From an uncultured Holophaga sp. (lineage in GTDB: Bacteria; Acidobacteriota; Holophagae; Holophagales; Holophagaceae), in the NCBI GenBank assembly GCA_963664825.1, contig OY761614.1:2624001-2688000 (forward strand): 64,000 bases of DNA. The letters run 5' to 3'. A program made the position numbers and the translations under genes. This document shows positions 10,457 to 18,438 of the stretch, one piece after another (position 1 is the first letter of the stretch; each line of letters begins with the position of its first letter). The notes beneath the pieces are model-generated. The model was not told the DNA's origin and searched no databases. It was given only the letters and a program-made list of their open reading frames with translations.

Positions 10457-12076
10457 ATGTCCTCCTTCCGCACCCTCCTTCTCGTGGTCCTCGGGCTGGC
10501 CGCCGTGCTGGCTGGGCAGGAGCCCGCGCCGACGGAATGGGAAACCCTTGAAGCGAAGGGAGCCGTCCTTGGTGAGATCCGCCTCCTCCTGGGTGAGGTC
10601 TTCGACCTTCGGAAACCGGAAGAGGCCCACTGGGTTGGCCGCCTCGCCAATGCGCTCCATCCCACCACCCGGGAGAGGGTGGTCCGCCGCGAACTGGATT
10701 TCAAGGAGGGGGAACGGGTCTCCGCCCGGAGGATCCACGAGAGTGAGCGCCGCCTCCGCGCCTTCCGCTTCCTGAAGGATGCGCGGATCTGGCCCGAGCC
10801 GATGCCGGATGGACGGATCCGGGCCGTGGTGGAGACCCAGGACGCCTGGAGCCTCAAGGCCAGCCTCGAGTTCAACCGTATCGGTGGCCAGAATGCTTTC
10901 GGGTTTGGCCTCAAGGAGGTGAACATCCTCGGTGCGGGGAAGGCGCTGACGCTGGAGTGGAACAAGGATTCCGACCGCACGAACACCCTCGTCCAGTTCC
11001 AGGATTTCCAGGTCCTCGGCAGCGCCTGGACCCTGCTGGGCGTCTACCAGAGACGCTCCGATGGGAAGGCGCGGCAGTTTGCGCTGAACCGGCCTTTCCG
11101 GGGCCTGGATGATCCCTGGGCTGCGGACGTCCAGGCCGCTGACCAGGCATCTGTCGTCTCCCTCTACCAGCATGGCCAGGTGGCCTACGAGGTGCCTGTG
11201 AACGAGAAGACCGCAGCGGCCGGTTTCGCATGGGTCATCGGCAGGTATGACGCCATCGTCCAGCGCCTGCGCCTGGGTTTGGATTACCGCCAAGTGCGCT
11301 ACGGCACACCCCAGGCACCCCGTCCCGATCTCCTGCCGGCCCCGCGCCTGGAGGAGCAGCGTCTCGTTGGCCCTTCTCTCTCCTTGAGCCTCTTCCAGGA
11401 CGGCTTCCGCACCTACCACGACCTGGCAGGCCTGACCCATACCGAGGACTACAACCTGGGCTGGGACCTCCGGTTGGCCGCAGGCTGGTACCTTCGGTCC
11501 CTGGGTTCGGACCTCAACGCGCCCTTCCTGCGGATGAGTCTCGGCAAGGGTTGGGCACCTGGGAATTCGCTGCTCCTCCTGCGGGTCAGCGGGGAGGGCT
11601 ATCGCGAGACCGGGGAGATGCGGGACGGGCAACTGAACGCAAGCCTCACCTGGTACGGGCCGGTGGGAAAACACTTTGGGAGCGCGGCCCGGGTGGACTT
11701 CGACGCAATGCAGGATGGGGGGCCCCAGGATGTGCTCTACCTGGGCGGTTTGGAGGGCTTCCGGGGCTATCCCAACCACTTCCTGGTGGGCGACCGCCGA
11801 TGGATCGCCTCCTTCGAGGAACGGGCCCTCACCGACCTGCGCTTCTGGGGCCTCTTCCGGCTGGGCTTCGCCGCCTTCGCCGATGTCGGGGCCATCCGAA
11901 ATCTGAAACCAGGTGCCTGGAGCCGTACCTACGCGGACCTGGGCGGTGGGCTCCGGGTGGGGGACCTCAAGAGCTCCCTGGGGAGAGTGGTCTACATCTA
12001 TCTTGCGCGGCCCCTCGTGTGGGAGCCGGGCCAGGACCGCTGGCAGCTACTCTTTGGAAACATCGTGCGGTTTTGA
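10457..12076 (+). CDS. Omp85/BamA-TamA-like outer-membrane protein with POTRA domain
   Basis: Signal peptide, TRERVVRRELDF POTRA motif, LGGLEGFRGY, C-terminal Phe. Confidence 0.75.
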   Translation: MSSFRTLLLVVLGLAAVLAGQEPAPTEWETLEAKGAVLGEIRLLLGEVFDLRKPEEAHWVGRLANALHPTTRERVVRRELDFKEGERVSARRIHESERRLRAFRFLKDARIWPEPMPDGRIRAVVETQDAWSLKASLEFNRIGGQNAFGFGLKEVNILGAGKALTLEWNKDSDRTNTLVQFQDFQVLGSAWTLLGVYQRRSDGKARQFALNRPFRGLDDPWAADVQAADQASVVSLYQHGQVAYEVPVNEKTAAAGFAWVIGRYDAIVQRLRLGLDYRQVRYGTPQAPRPDLLPAPRLEEQRLVGPSLSLSLFQDGFRTYHDLAGLTHTEDYNLGWDLRLAAGWYLRSLGSDLNAPFLRMSLGKGWAPGNSLLLLRVSGEGYRETGEMRDGQLNASLTWYGPVGKHFGSAARVDFDAMQDGGPQDVLYLGGLEGFRGYPNHFLVGDRRWIASFEERALTDLRFWGLFRLGFAAFADVGAIRNLKPGAWSRTYADLGGGLRVGDLKSSLGRVVYIYLARPLVWEPGQDRWQLLFGNIVRF

Positions 12077-12117
12077 AAGGAGGCAGCACCCTGGTGGCCA
12101 TCCTGGGAAGAGTCCTC

Positions 12118-12834
12118 CTAGTGCTCCCGGTGCTCGCCTTCCCAGCGTCCGCTCCAGCGATCCTTGCCGTTGCCCCAGTCGCCCCGGTCCCAGCCGCGGA
12201 ACATGGCGCCATCCACTAGGCTATTCTCGCGGTATTCAAACATCTTCTCCCGGCCATTGGGGCCGCGGGCATAGATGCGCAGGGTCTTCACTTGGCCCCG
12301 ATCGGGATCCACGCCGAAGGTGTCGTTGCTGGCCCGGAACATCTGGTCGCGCCGAGCCCCTTCCCGAAGGCGTTGGGTGACATCCACATGGTGGCGCTCG
12401 GTTCCATACTGGGCGCTCAGGATGAGGAACTCACCCTCGTCGCCGTTCCAGCGTCCGCTCCAACGCTCGTTGCCACGGCCCCAGTCGCCCCGGTCCCAGC
12501 CGCGGAACATGGCGCCATCCACTAGGCTATTCTCGCGGTATTCAAACATCTTCTCCCGGCCATTGGGGCCGCGGGCATAGATGCGCAGGGTCTTCACTTG
12601 GCCCCGATCGGGATCCACCCGAAAGGCGTCATTGCTGGCCCGGAACATCCGGTCGCGCCGGGCCTCTTCACGCAGCCGTTGGGTGACGTCCACATGGTGG
12701 TGCTCGGTCCCGTACTGGGCGCTGATAATCACGAATTCGCCAGCATCGCGGCCTGGCTGCTGGGCGACGGCCCTGGCTGGCAGGAACAGCGAGAGGGCCA
12801 GCATGAGGAGGAGCATGAATCGAGTGGGTCTCAT
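12118..12834 (-). CDS. Secreted protein with two near-identical 102-aa repeats (DUF3395-like)
   Basis: Signal peptide; I(I/L)SAQYGTE.HHVDVTQRLRE repeated; DNA period 306 bp. Confidence 0.75.
   Translation of the reverse strand: MRPTRFMLLLMLALSLFLPARAVAQQPGRDAGEFVIISAQYGTEHHHVDVTQRLREEARRDRMFRASNDAFRVDPDRGQVKTLRIYARGPNGREKMFEYRENSLVDGAMFRGWDRGDWGRGNERWSGRWNGDEGEFLILSAQYGTERHHVDVTQRLREGARRDQMFRASNDTFGVDPDRGQVKTLRIYARGPNGREKMFEYRENSLVDGAMFRGWDRGDWGNGKDRWSGRWEGEHREH
12174..12722. repeat. Intragenic tandem duplication, 306-bp period
   Basis: 12174-12312 identical to 12480-12618, similarity continues to ~12420/12722. Confidence 0.9.
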
Positions 12835-12910
12835 GGAGGTGTCCTGTGAAGTCCCGAGGGCGTTATAGAGAAAATTGAGTTTACCTCGATCTTCCCGAGT
12901 TCCCTAGGAA

Positions 12911-13008
12911 CCGCCTTGAAGCGGCGCACCCCGCTGGCGCGGGGTGTCTGGGATGGCGGAGGGGGCGGGATTCCCCTTGCGGGCCGCACGACTGGCTGCG
13001 TCCGCCGC
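12911..13008 (-). repeat. Distal half of tRNA-Ser-linked repeat (copy of tRNA 3' end plus trailer)
   Basis: 12954-12973 TGGCGGAGGGGGCGGGATTC identical to 54076-54095; 12911-12953 similar to 54034-54075. Confidence 0.85.
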
Positions 13009-13034
13009 TGTAGCGCGGCAAAATGAATCATCGG

Positions 13035-13080
13035 GAATCCGTCAGAATGATTGGTAGCTTTCAATCATTTTGACGGATTC
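13035..13080. promoter_or_regulatory. Palindromic end site, putative transposase-binding (unit 1 left end)
   Basis: GAATCCGTCAGAATGATTG-gtagcttt-CAATCATTTTGACGGATTC; same motif at 28695-28740. Confidence 0.6.
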
Positions 13081-13347
13081 TCGGCCTGGAAAGCGCGAGA
13101 GACAAACTGGCTCCCGTTGTCGTGGCGGAGTTTTAACCCGGCGGCGGCTTCTCCCACGCTGCCGAATTCTGATGGCTCTTGTGTCGCTATCACCGCCAAC
13201 CCATGGGGACATACTCGTAAAGTTCATCCCCAATGCGGTTCGAGTAGAACATCCCCCGCCAGAACCGGGGGTTTCCCTAAAAGCAGTGATGCCCGGCCAA
13301 TCTTGGGTGCCGAGGGCTCAAGGGATTACAATCCATCAGAGGCTCAA

Positions 13348-14454
13348 ATGCAGATTGATTTTCACCACGCGACCACCTATGTACTCTCGCGTTTGGCTGG
13401 CTTTAGCCATCCGGAGGCTCGTACCATCGCATATGCGGCGCAATACGTGGACGACGCCACATGTTCGGGCACGGTGTACCTCGAAGGCCGTGCCCCTTTT
13501 GACCGTGTGGCCTCGGCGCACCCGATTGATCCACGGGATGCCGAGTGCCCTCAGGATTTTATGGAAAACGCCAACAACGTGGGCAACTTGGCATCCTGGT
13601 CCCTTTTCCATTTCCTTCCCGGCAATGGCGGGGAAATAGCTGGCCAGGGAATGGATCTTGCCATGGTGGACCGCTTTGTCTGCACTCCGGACAGCCCTGT
13701 CGCCAATGCCATGTGGACTGCCTGCCGGGAGGCCAAGGGTACTCCACATGCCTTATACCGCCTGGGCATCACCGCGCATGTTTATGTCGACACGTGGGCG
13801 CACCAAGGGTTTGTGGGGATGAAACATGCCCGCAACCATGCGCACGACCTTGACCGGCCCGGTTTCAGTGTGAAAGAGCTGCTGGACAACCTTGGATCGC
13901 AGGCATTTCGGGAGTTCCCCTTAGGGCATGCCATGGGTATGACCCTGCCAGACATGCCCTTTCTCACTTGGTCCTATGTCAACTATGATGGGAACAAAAT
14001 CCTTCGCAATAACACTCTCGACTTTCTGGCTGCCAGCCAACGCCTCGTGGAGCAGATGGGGTATTTTCGAGGGGAAGAGGCCCATCTGCAGGAAGCCGAC
14101 CGTGCCGCCCTGGAACATGCCTTCCGGACCATCCAGCACACCGATGGGCGCCAGCGTCACAGGGGATGGTTGGACCTCCTCGCCCACAATCCATTCTCGT
14201 TTGGCATTCTAAGCCCTGTGGAGTTGGAGGAATTGGCATACCCGGACAAAGGTAAGGGCGTTGGATCCTGGAAAGAGGAAGCCCTGGGAACGGCCAGTCT
14301 TGTCAATAACCCTGGCCCTTTCACCTATACCCCAGCTTTTGAAACAAGCCATTGGAAGCTCTTTCATGAAGCTCTCAAGGATCATCGAAATATCGTCTGG
14401 GGAAGCATCTTTCGTGACTTCGGCTTGGTGCCAAGCGTGGCCCTCGAGGCCTGA
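13348..14454 (+). CDS. DUF6765-like protein (putative Zn-dependent phospholipase C/P1-nuclease-like fold)
   Basis: MQIDFHHATTYVLSRLAGF..AQYVDD N-terminus, FHFLPG, LGITAHVYVDTWAHQGF. Confidence 0.7.
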   Translation: MQIDFHHATTYVLSRLAGFSHPEARTIAYAAQYVDDATCSGTVYLEGRAPFDRVASAHPIDPRDAECPQDFMENANNVGNLASWSLFHFLPGNGGEIAGQGMDLAMVDRFVCTPDSPVANAMWTACREAKGTPHALYRLGITAHVYVDTWAHQGFVGMKHARNHAHDLDRPGFSVKELLDNLGSQAFREFPLGHAMGMTLPDMPFLTWSYVNYDGNKILRNNTLDFLAASQRLVEQMGYFRGEEAHLQEADRAALEHAFRTIQHTDGRQRHRGWLDLLAHNPFSFGILSPVELEELAYPDKGKGVGSWKEEALGTASLVNNPGPFTYTPAFETSHWKLFHEALKDHRNIVWGSIFRDFGLVPSVALEA

Positions 14455-14524
14455 CGCCAGACGACTTCCACATATGTGCCCTGACCCTCCAAAACCTCAT
14501 CGCAGGGGTGAAGGGCCGCGCAAG

Positions 14525-14760
14525 GTGAGTCCGACTCCTTGTGGTAATAGCCGAGGTAGCCCTTCAGAAACCGCATCAGGTGCTGCTCGTCCAGCACAAT
14601 GACATGGTCGAGTAGCTCACGCCTGAGGGTTTTGATGAAACGCTCGCAGGCACCGTTTTGCCATGGGCTTCGGAAGCTGGCCTGCTTGGGGATGATGCCC
14701 ATAGACTGGATGAACGCCTTCAGGGCACCGAAGATCGTGTCCCGGTCGAAGATCAGATAC
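14525..14760 (-). pseudogene. Integrase-core (rve) transposase fragment
   Basis: PWQNGACERFIKTLRRELLDH; near-identical to 44080-44310. Confidence 0.8.
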
Positions 14761-14789
14761 CCTAAAATCCTGAACTACCTAAAAAGTTA

Positions 14790-16119
14790 GGTTCTTCACG
14801 TTTTTCCGGGGAAGGCCGCACGGATCTTAAGGAAGAAGTAGCCCTCATCCCGGTAGCCGTAGGCGATGCGCTTGAGGACTTTGATCTTGTTGTTGATCCC
14901 TTCCTGGACGCTGGTATTGAGCGGCCAGCGGCAATGGGAGAGGATTCCGTCGATCCGCTGGGCGAGATTCTTGGCGAACTTCACGAGGGGCTGGAGTCCA
15001 CTTGAGGTGGCGAGTTCCATCCAGTTCTCCCAGGCCTTCAGAGCCCAGCCCTCCCGCGTGTAGCGCCACAGTGCCTTCAGGGCGTCTTTCAGCACGTAGG
15101 CGGTCATCAGAGGCTGGTTCGCGTCCAATAACTCGTTGAGGCGGACTTTGGCATCCCGATTCGGCAGGTTCTCCCAATTGCCCAGCAGGAGCCACTTCGC
15201 GCCCTTGACGAGCTCCCGCGAGGCCTTGTCGTGCCGGTATCGATTGGCCTCATCCACCCGGATCCGGTCGATGACGTCATGGCCGTACTTTGCCACGACA
15301 TGAAACTGGTCGTAGACGATCTCGGCGTTGGGACAGCGCGCCCGGACTTCGCCTTCGAAGGCCGCCGACATGTCTATGCCCACGGCCTGGATCCGTTTGC
15401 AGCCCTTCTTCCCGATCAGATCGAAGAACGGGCGGATGTCCTCGCGGCCACGCCCTTTCCCGACCCAGAGCACGCGACGCGTTTCCGCATCCGTGATGAC
15501 CGTGGCATAGCTCTGTCCCTTGTGGATGGCGAATTCGTCCATCAGAAGAAGCCTCGCCTTGCTCAGCTTCACGGGCCCAAGTTCTCGGTCCAGGTAAGCC
15601 TTGTCGATCGCCTTCACCGTGCCCCAGTGCAGGTCATAGTGCTCCGCGACCTGTTTGATGGGCATGACCTTGCAAAGCCGCGCCACGCTCGCGGCAAGCC
15701 GGTTCGTGATCCGGGCATGGGGCTCCAACCAGTCCAGGGCTTCCAGCTTCGGGCCGCACCGGGGGCAGGCTACTCGAGCCCGCCACACCACTAGGACTGT
15801 GTCGGCGTCGAACAGCGGAAGGTCGCGGATCTCCCGCTCTGACCAGTCGTGGACGCTCCGCACGAAATGCCCACAACCGCTGCACTTCCGGGGATGATCG
15901 CCGAACCCAAGCAACTCGATCCACACCTCGGCCCGCGGCCCCTTCACCCCGGCTTCGAAGCGCTCCACGATTCCGACGCGTTGCCCTTTCCACCCGCCCA
16001 AGCGGGACATAAGCTCTTTGGTAGGCAGTGGCGGCCTCCTTCATCTCGAGTTCTCGACAAACCCAAGATGCCTGAAATCCGCCACTGCCGACCTACTTCA
16101 CGCAAATCCGCGAAGAACC
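14790..16119 (-). mobile_element. ISL3-family insertion sequence, 8-bp TSD AAAAGTTA
   Basis: GGTTCTT...AAGAACC termini; TSD 14782-14789/16120-16127; empty site seen at 25761-25775. Confidence 0.92.
14796..16010 (-). CDS. ISL3 transposase
   Basis: Zn finger CSGC..CPRC, DEFA, GIDMS, DQFHV, EGINNKIKVLKRIAYGYR. Confidence 0.95.
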   Translation of the reverse strand: MSRLGGWKGQRVGIVERFEAGVKGPRAEVWIELLGFGDHPRKCSGCGHFVRSVHDWSEREIRDLPLFDADTVLVVWRARVACPRCGPKLEALDWLEPHARITNRLAASVARLCKVMPIKQVAEHYDLHWGTVKAIDKAYLDRELGPVKLSKARLLLMDEFAIHKGQSYATVITDAETRRVLWVGKGRGREDIRPFFDLIGKKGCKRIQAVGIDMSAAFEGEVRARCPNAEIVYDQFHVVAKYGHDVIDRIRVDEANRYRHDKASRELVKGAKWLLLGNWENLPNRDAKVRLNELLDANQPLMTAYVLKDALKALWRYTREGWALKAWENWMELATSSGLQPLVKFAKNLAQRIDGILSHCRWPLNTSVQEGINNKIKVLKRIAYGYRDEGYFFLKIRAAFPGKT

Positions 16120-16148
16120 AAAAGTTAGGGTTTCACTGCGGGGCTCCT

Positions 16149-16439
16149 TCATTCTGGGACCGTCAGCCCACCCGCAATAAGCCCCTCCAGGCTCTTTCGC
16201 TCTACCAGCAGCCTCCGCCCGCCGTTGGGTCCGGGACGCTGCCAGATGGCCACCCTGGGCGCCTTGCGATCACAGCAGGCGGCCCGGAAGGAATCCGGTT
16301 CCATGCCCATGGCGCGGGCGGCGGCCTTGACGGGGATCCAGCCTCCTTCGGAGATTAGCTCTAGGAGATTGGCTGAATCACTGGGCAGACACGGCCCCTG
16401 GCTCACTGTTCGTTCCTGGCGAACGGCTGTCCTCATCAC
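16149..16439 (-). CDS. Small HTH (excisionase-like) phage protein, copy A
   Basis: WIPVKAAARAMGMEPDSFR HTH; paralog of 25791-26048. Confidence 0.55.
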   Translation of the reverse strand: MMRTAVRQERTVSQGPCLPSDSANLLELISEGGWIPVKAAARAMGMEPDSFRAACCDRKAPRVAIWQRPGPNGGRRLLVERKSLEGLIAGGLTVPE

Positions 16440-16739
16440 TCCTCCTCCACCGCAGGCTTCCCGCTTTTTGGCAGTTTCAGAAAGGGGCCTTGGCCCCTTT
16501 TCTCTGTTTCTCCCCTGCCGTCTGTCCCGGTCGTGAGCCGGTCGATGCGTTCAAGTTTGGCTTCTTTCTGGCGGCTCAAATACAGGCCAAAGGGGAAACA
16601 AGGATGACCGAAGGGAATCCGCCAGGTTCCAGTTTGGACGCTCAATGGATGCGTTCCTGAGGTGGCATTGATGACCAAAGACCGCCCCCGATAGGGGGTG
16701 GGCGTAGGGCACTTCATTCCAAAACGCCAAAAGCTGTCC

Positions 16740-17828
16740 TCATGGTTCGGAACGCGTCAACGACTTTGAGACAGAAAGTTGCCTGAATTCTCGCTTGGAC
16801 CCACCCGCTGCGGAGAGGTGCCGGGGCCATGGACAAGTCTTTGACTTGACCACAGCCCCTTGGAAAACGCTGCGCGTTTCCCACACCTCACAGCAGCCGA
16901 AGGAGATCATCATGCTGCGATTTCCTTTTTTGGGGGATTGATCCACGCCGGACTTGGCAGTGCGGGCGGCGTGGATCTCCTCGGCGCGGCCTTCGTGGAC
17001 GCTGGCGGGCGTCATCATGCCGATGCCGCTGTGCCGATGCAGATGGTTGTACCAATGGAAGTAGCGGCGGCAGAAGCTTCGCGCGTCCTCGATGGAACCG
17101 AACCGCTCCGGGAAGTCGGGGCTGTATTTCAGCGTCTTGAACTGCGATTCGGAATACGGGTTGTCGTCGGAAACGTGAGGCCGACTGTGGCTCTTCGTGA
17201 CCTTCAGGTCGGTGAGGAGGGTGCCCACCGTCTTGGAAACCATGGCTGGGCCTCGGTCCGAATGCAGGGTCAGTTCACCCGGCCGGATGCCATGCTGGAG
17301 GAAGGTCTGGCGGTGGAACTCCCTGGCGAGGTCCTCGTCCTCCCGCTCCTGCACGGTCCAGCCCACGACCAGGCGGCTGAACAGATCGATGGTCACGTAG
17401 AGCTTGAAGCGGCTGCCTCGCACGGGACCCTTGAGATCCGTGATATCCCAGCTCCACACCTGGTTCGGCGCCTGCGCGCAGAGTTCGGGTTTCACATAGA
17501 CCGGATGCCGCGCCTGGTCGCGCCGTTCCTTCACTTCCTGAGCCTCGTCGAGGATTCGGTACATGGTCCGCGACGAGCAGAGATAGCGGCCTTCATCCAT
17601 CAACGTCGCCTGGATCTCGGCGGGCGCACGGTCCACGAAACGCTCCGAATGACACACCTCCAGCACTGCCTGTCGTTCCGAGTCCGAGAGCGCCCGCGGG
17701 GATTTGGGACGAGGCCCGGGTGGACCTTTCGGCTTTCGGCGGCGGTAGAAGGTCGCCCGCGATACGCACAGCAGATCACAGGCCGGCTGAATCCCGATCT
17801 CTTCCGCCAAGGCTACCGCCGCCGTCAT
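16740..17828 (-). CDS. IS3-family transposase OrfB (integrase core; aberrant C-terminus)
   Basis: APNQVWSWDIT, LHSDRG, DNPYSESQFKTLKY; tail shifted relative to copy at 43100-43236. Confidence 0.8.
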   Translation of the reverse strand: MTAAVALAEEIGIQPACDLLCVSRATFYRRRKPKGPPGPRPKSPRALSDSERQAVLEVCHSERFVDRAPAEIQATLMDEGRYLCSSRTMYRILDEAQEVKERRDQARHPVYVKPELCAQAPNQVWSWDITDLKGPVRGSRFKLYVTIDLFSRLVVGWTVQEREDEDLAREFHRQTFLQHGIRPGELTLHSDRGPAMVSKTVGTLLTDLKVTKSHSRPHVSDDNPYSESQFKTLKYSPDFPERFGSIEDARSFCRRYFHWYNHLHRHSGIGMMTPASVHEGRAEEIHAARTAKSGVDQSPKKGNRSMMISFGCCEVWETRSVFQGAVVKSKTCPWPRHLSAAGGSKREFRQLSVSKSLTRSEP

Positions 17829-18309
17829 TCGCTGTCCTCGTTCTCGAACCGATGGCCCAGCGACAACTTCTCCATCAGTTCGGAGGCTTTTTTTGACATC
17901 TCCAGCATCCACTCGGCCCGCGCCAGCTTGCGTTTCAGGGCCTTGTTCTCCTTCTCCAGTTCCTTGTTCCGGGCCTCGTGCGGATCCCGCGGCTTCGGTC
18001 TCGGCCCTGGTTTTACCGGGTTCAGGGCGCCCAACGCCCCGAGCTCACGCTGCTGCCGCCAACTCGAAAGGTGCGAGGAATAGAGTCCCTCTCGCCGAAG
18101 CAATGCGGCGATCTGGCCCGGCACCGAGCACACATCCACCTCGGCCAGCACCTTCAACTTGTAGCTGGCGCTGAACCGCCGCCGTTTGGGGCGGCTCAAC
18201 TCCACCTCCCCGTTCCCCAACTTCAAGACCTTGCTCATCCCATTTCCTTCCCCGCCCCGACAAAAGACTCTGAAGTGTCTCCTGTCTCAAAAAGCTTGGC
18301 GCGGGGGGG
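16748..18309 (-). mobile_element. IS3-family insertion sequence (OrfB C-terminus internally deleted)
   Basis: TGTCTCAAA subterminal inverted repeats at 16765-16773 and 18283-18291; OrfA/OrfB overlap ATGA. Confidence 0.8.
17825..18238 (-). CDS. IS3-family transposase OrfA (HTH)
   Basis: RRRFSASYKLKVL...LLRREGLYSSHLSSWR. Confidence 0.85.
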   Translation of the reverse strand: MSKVLKLGNGEVELSRPKRRRFSASYKLKVLAEVDVCSVPGQIAALLRREGLYSSHLSSWRQQRELGALGALNPVKPGPRPKPRDPHEARNKELEKENKALKRKLARAEWMLEMSKKASELMEKLSLGHRFENEDSE

Positions 18310-18438
18310 TTGGGGTTATCCCCTGATCGAGGATTCCGACCAGATCGCCACCCAGCGCGAGAGTTCGGAAAAACGCCTGGAGAAGACCGGGGCGAACCTG
18401 AAGCCGGAACCGAAGGCGGTCTCGTCGATAAAAGGACC

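Noticed and set aside
12917..12929. TGAAGCGGCGCAC matches the first 13 nt of the phage Mu right end as recalled
   Set aside because: It lies outside the element in the tRNA trailer repeat, the second copy (54040) differs, and the match does not extend; treated as coincidence.
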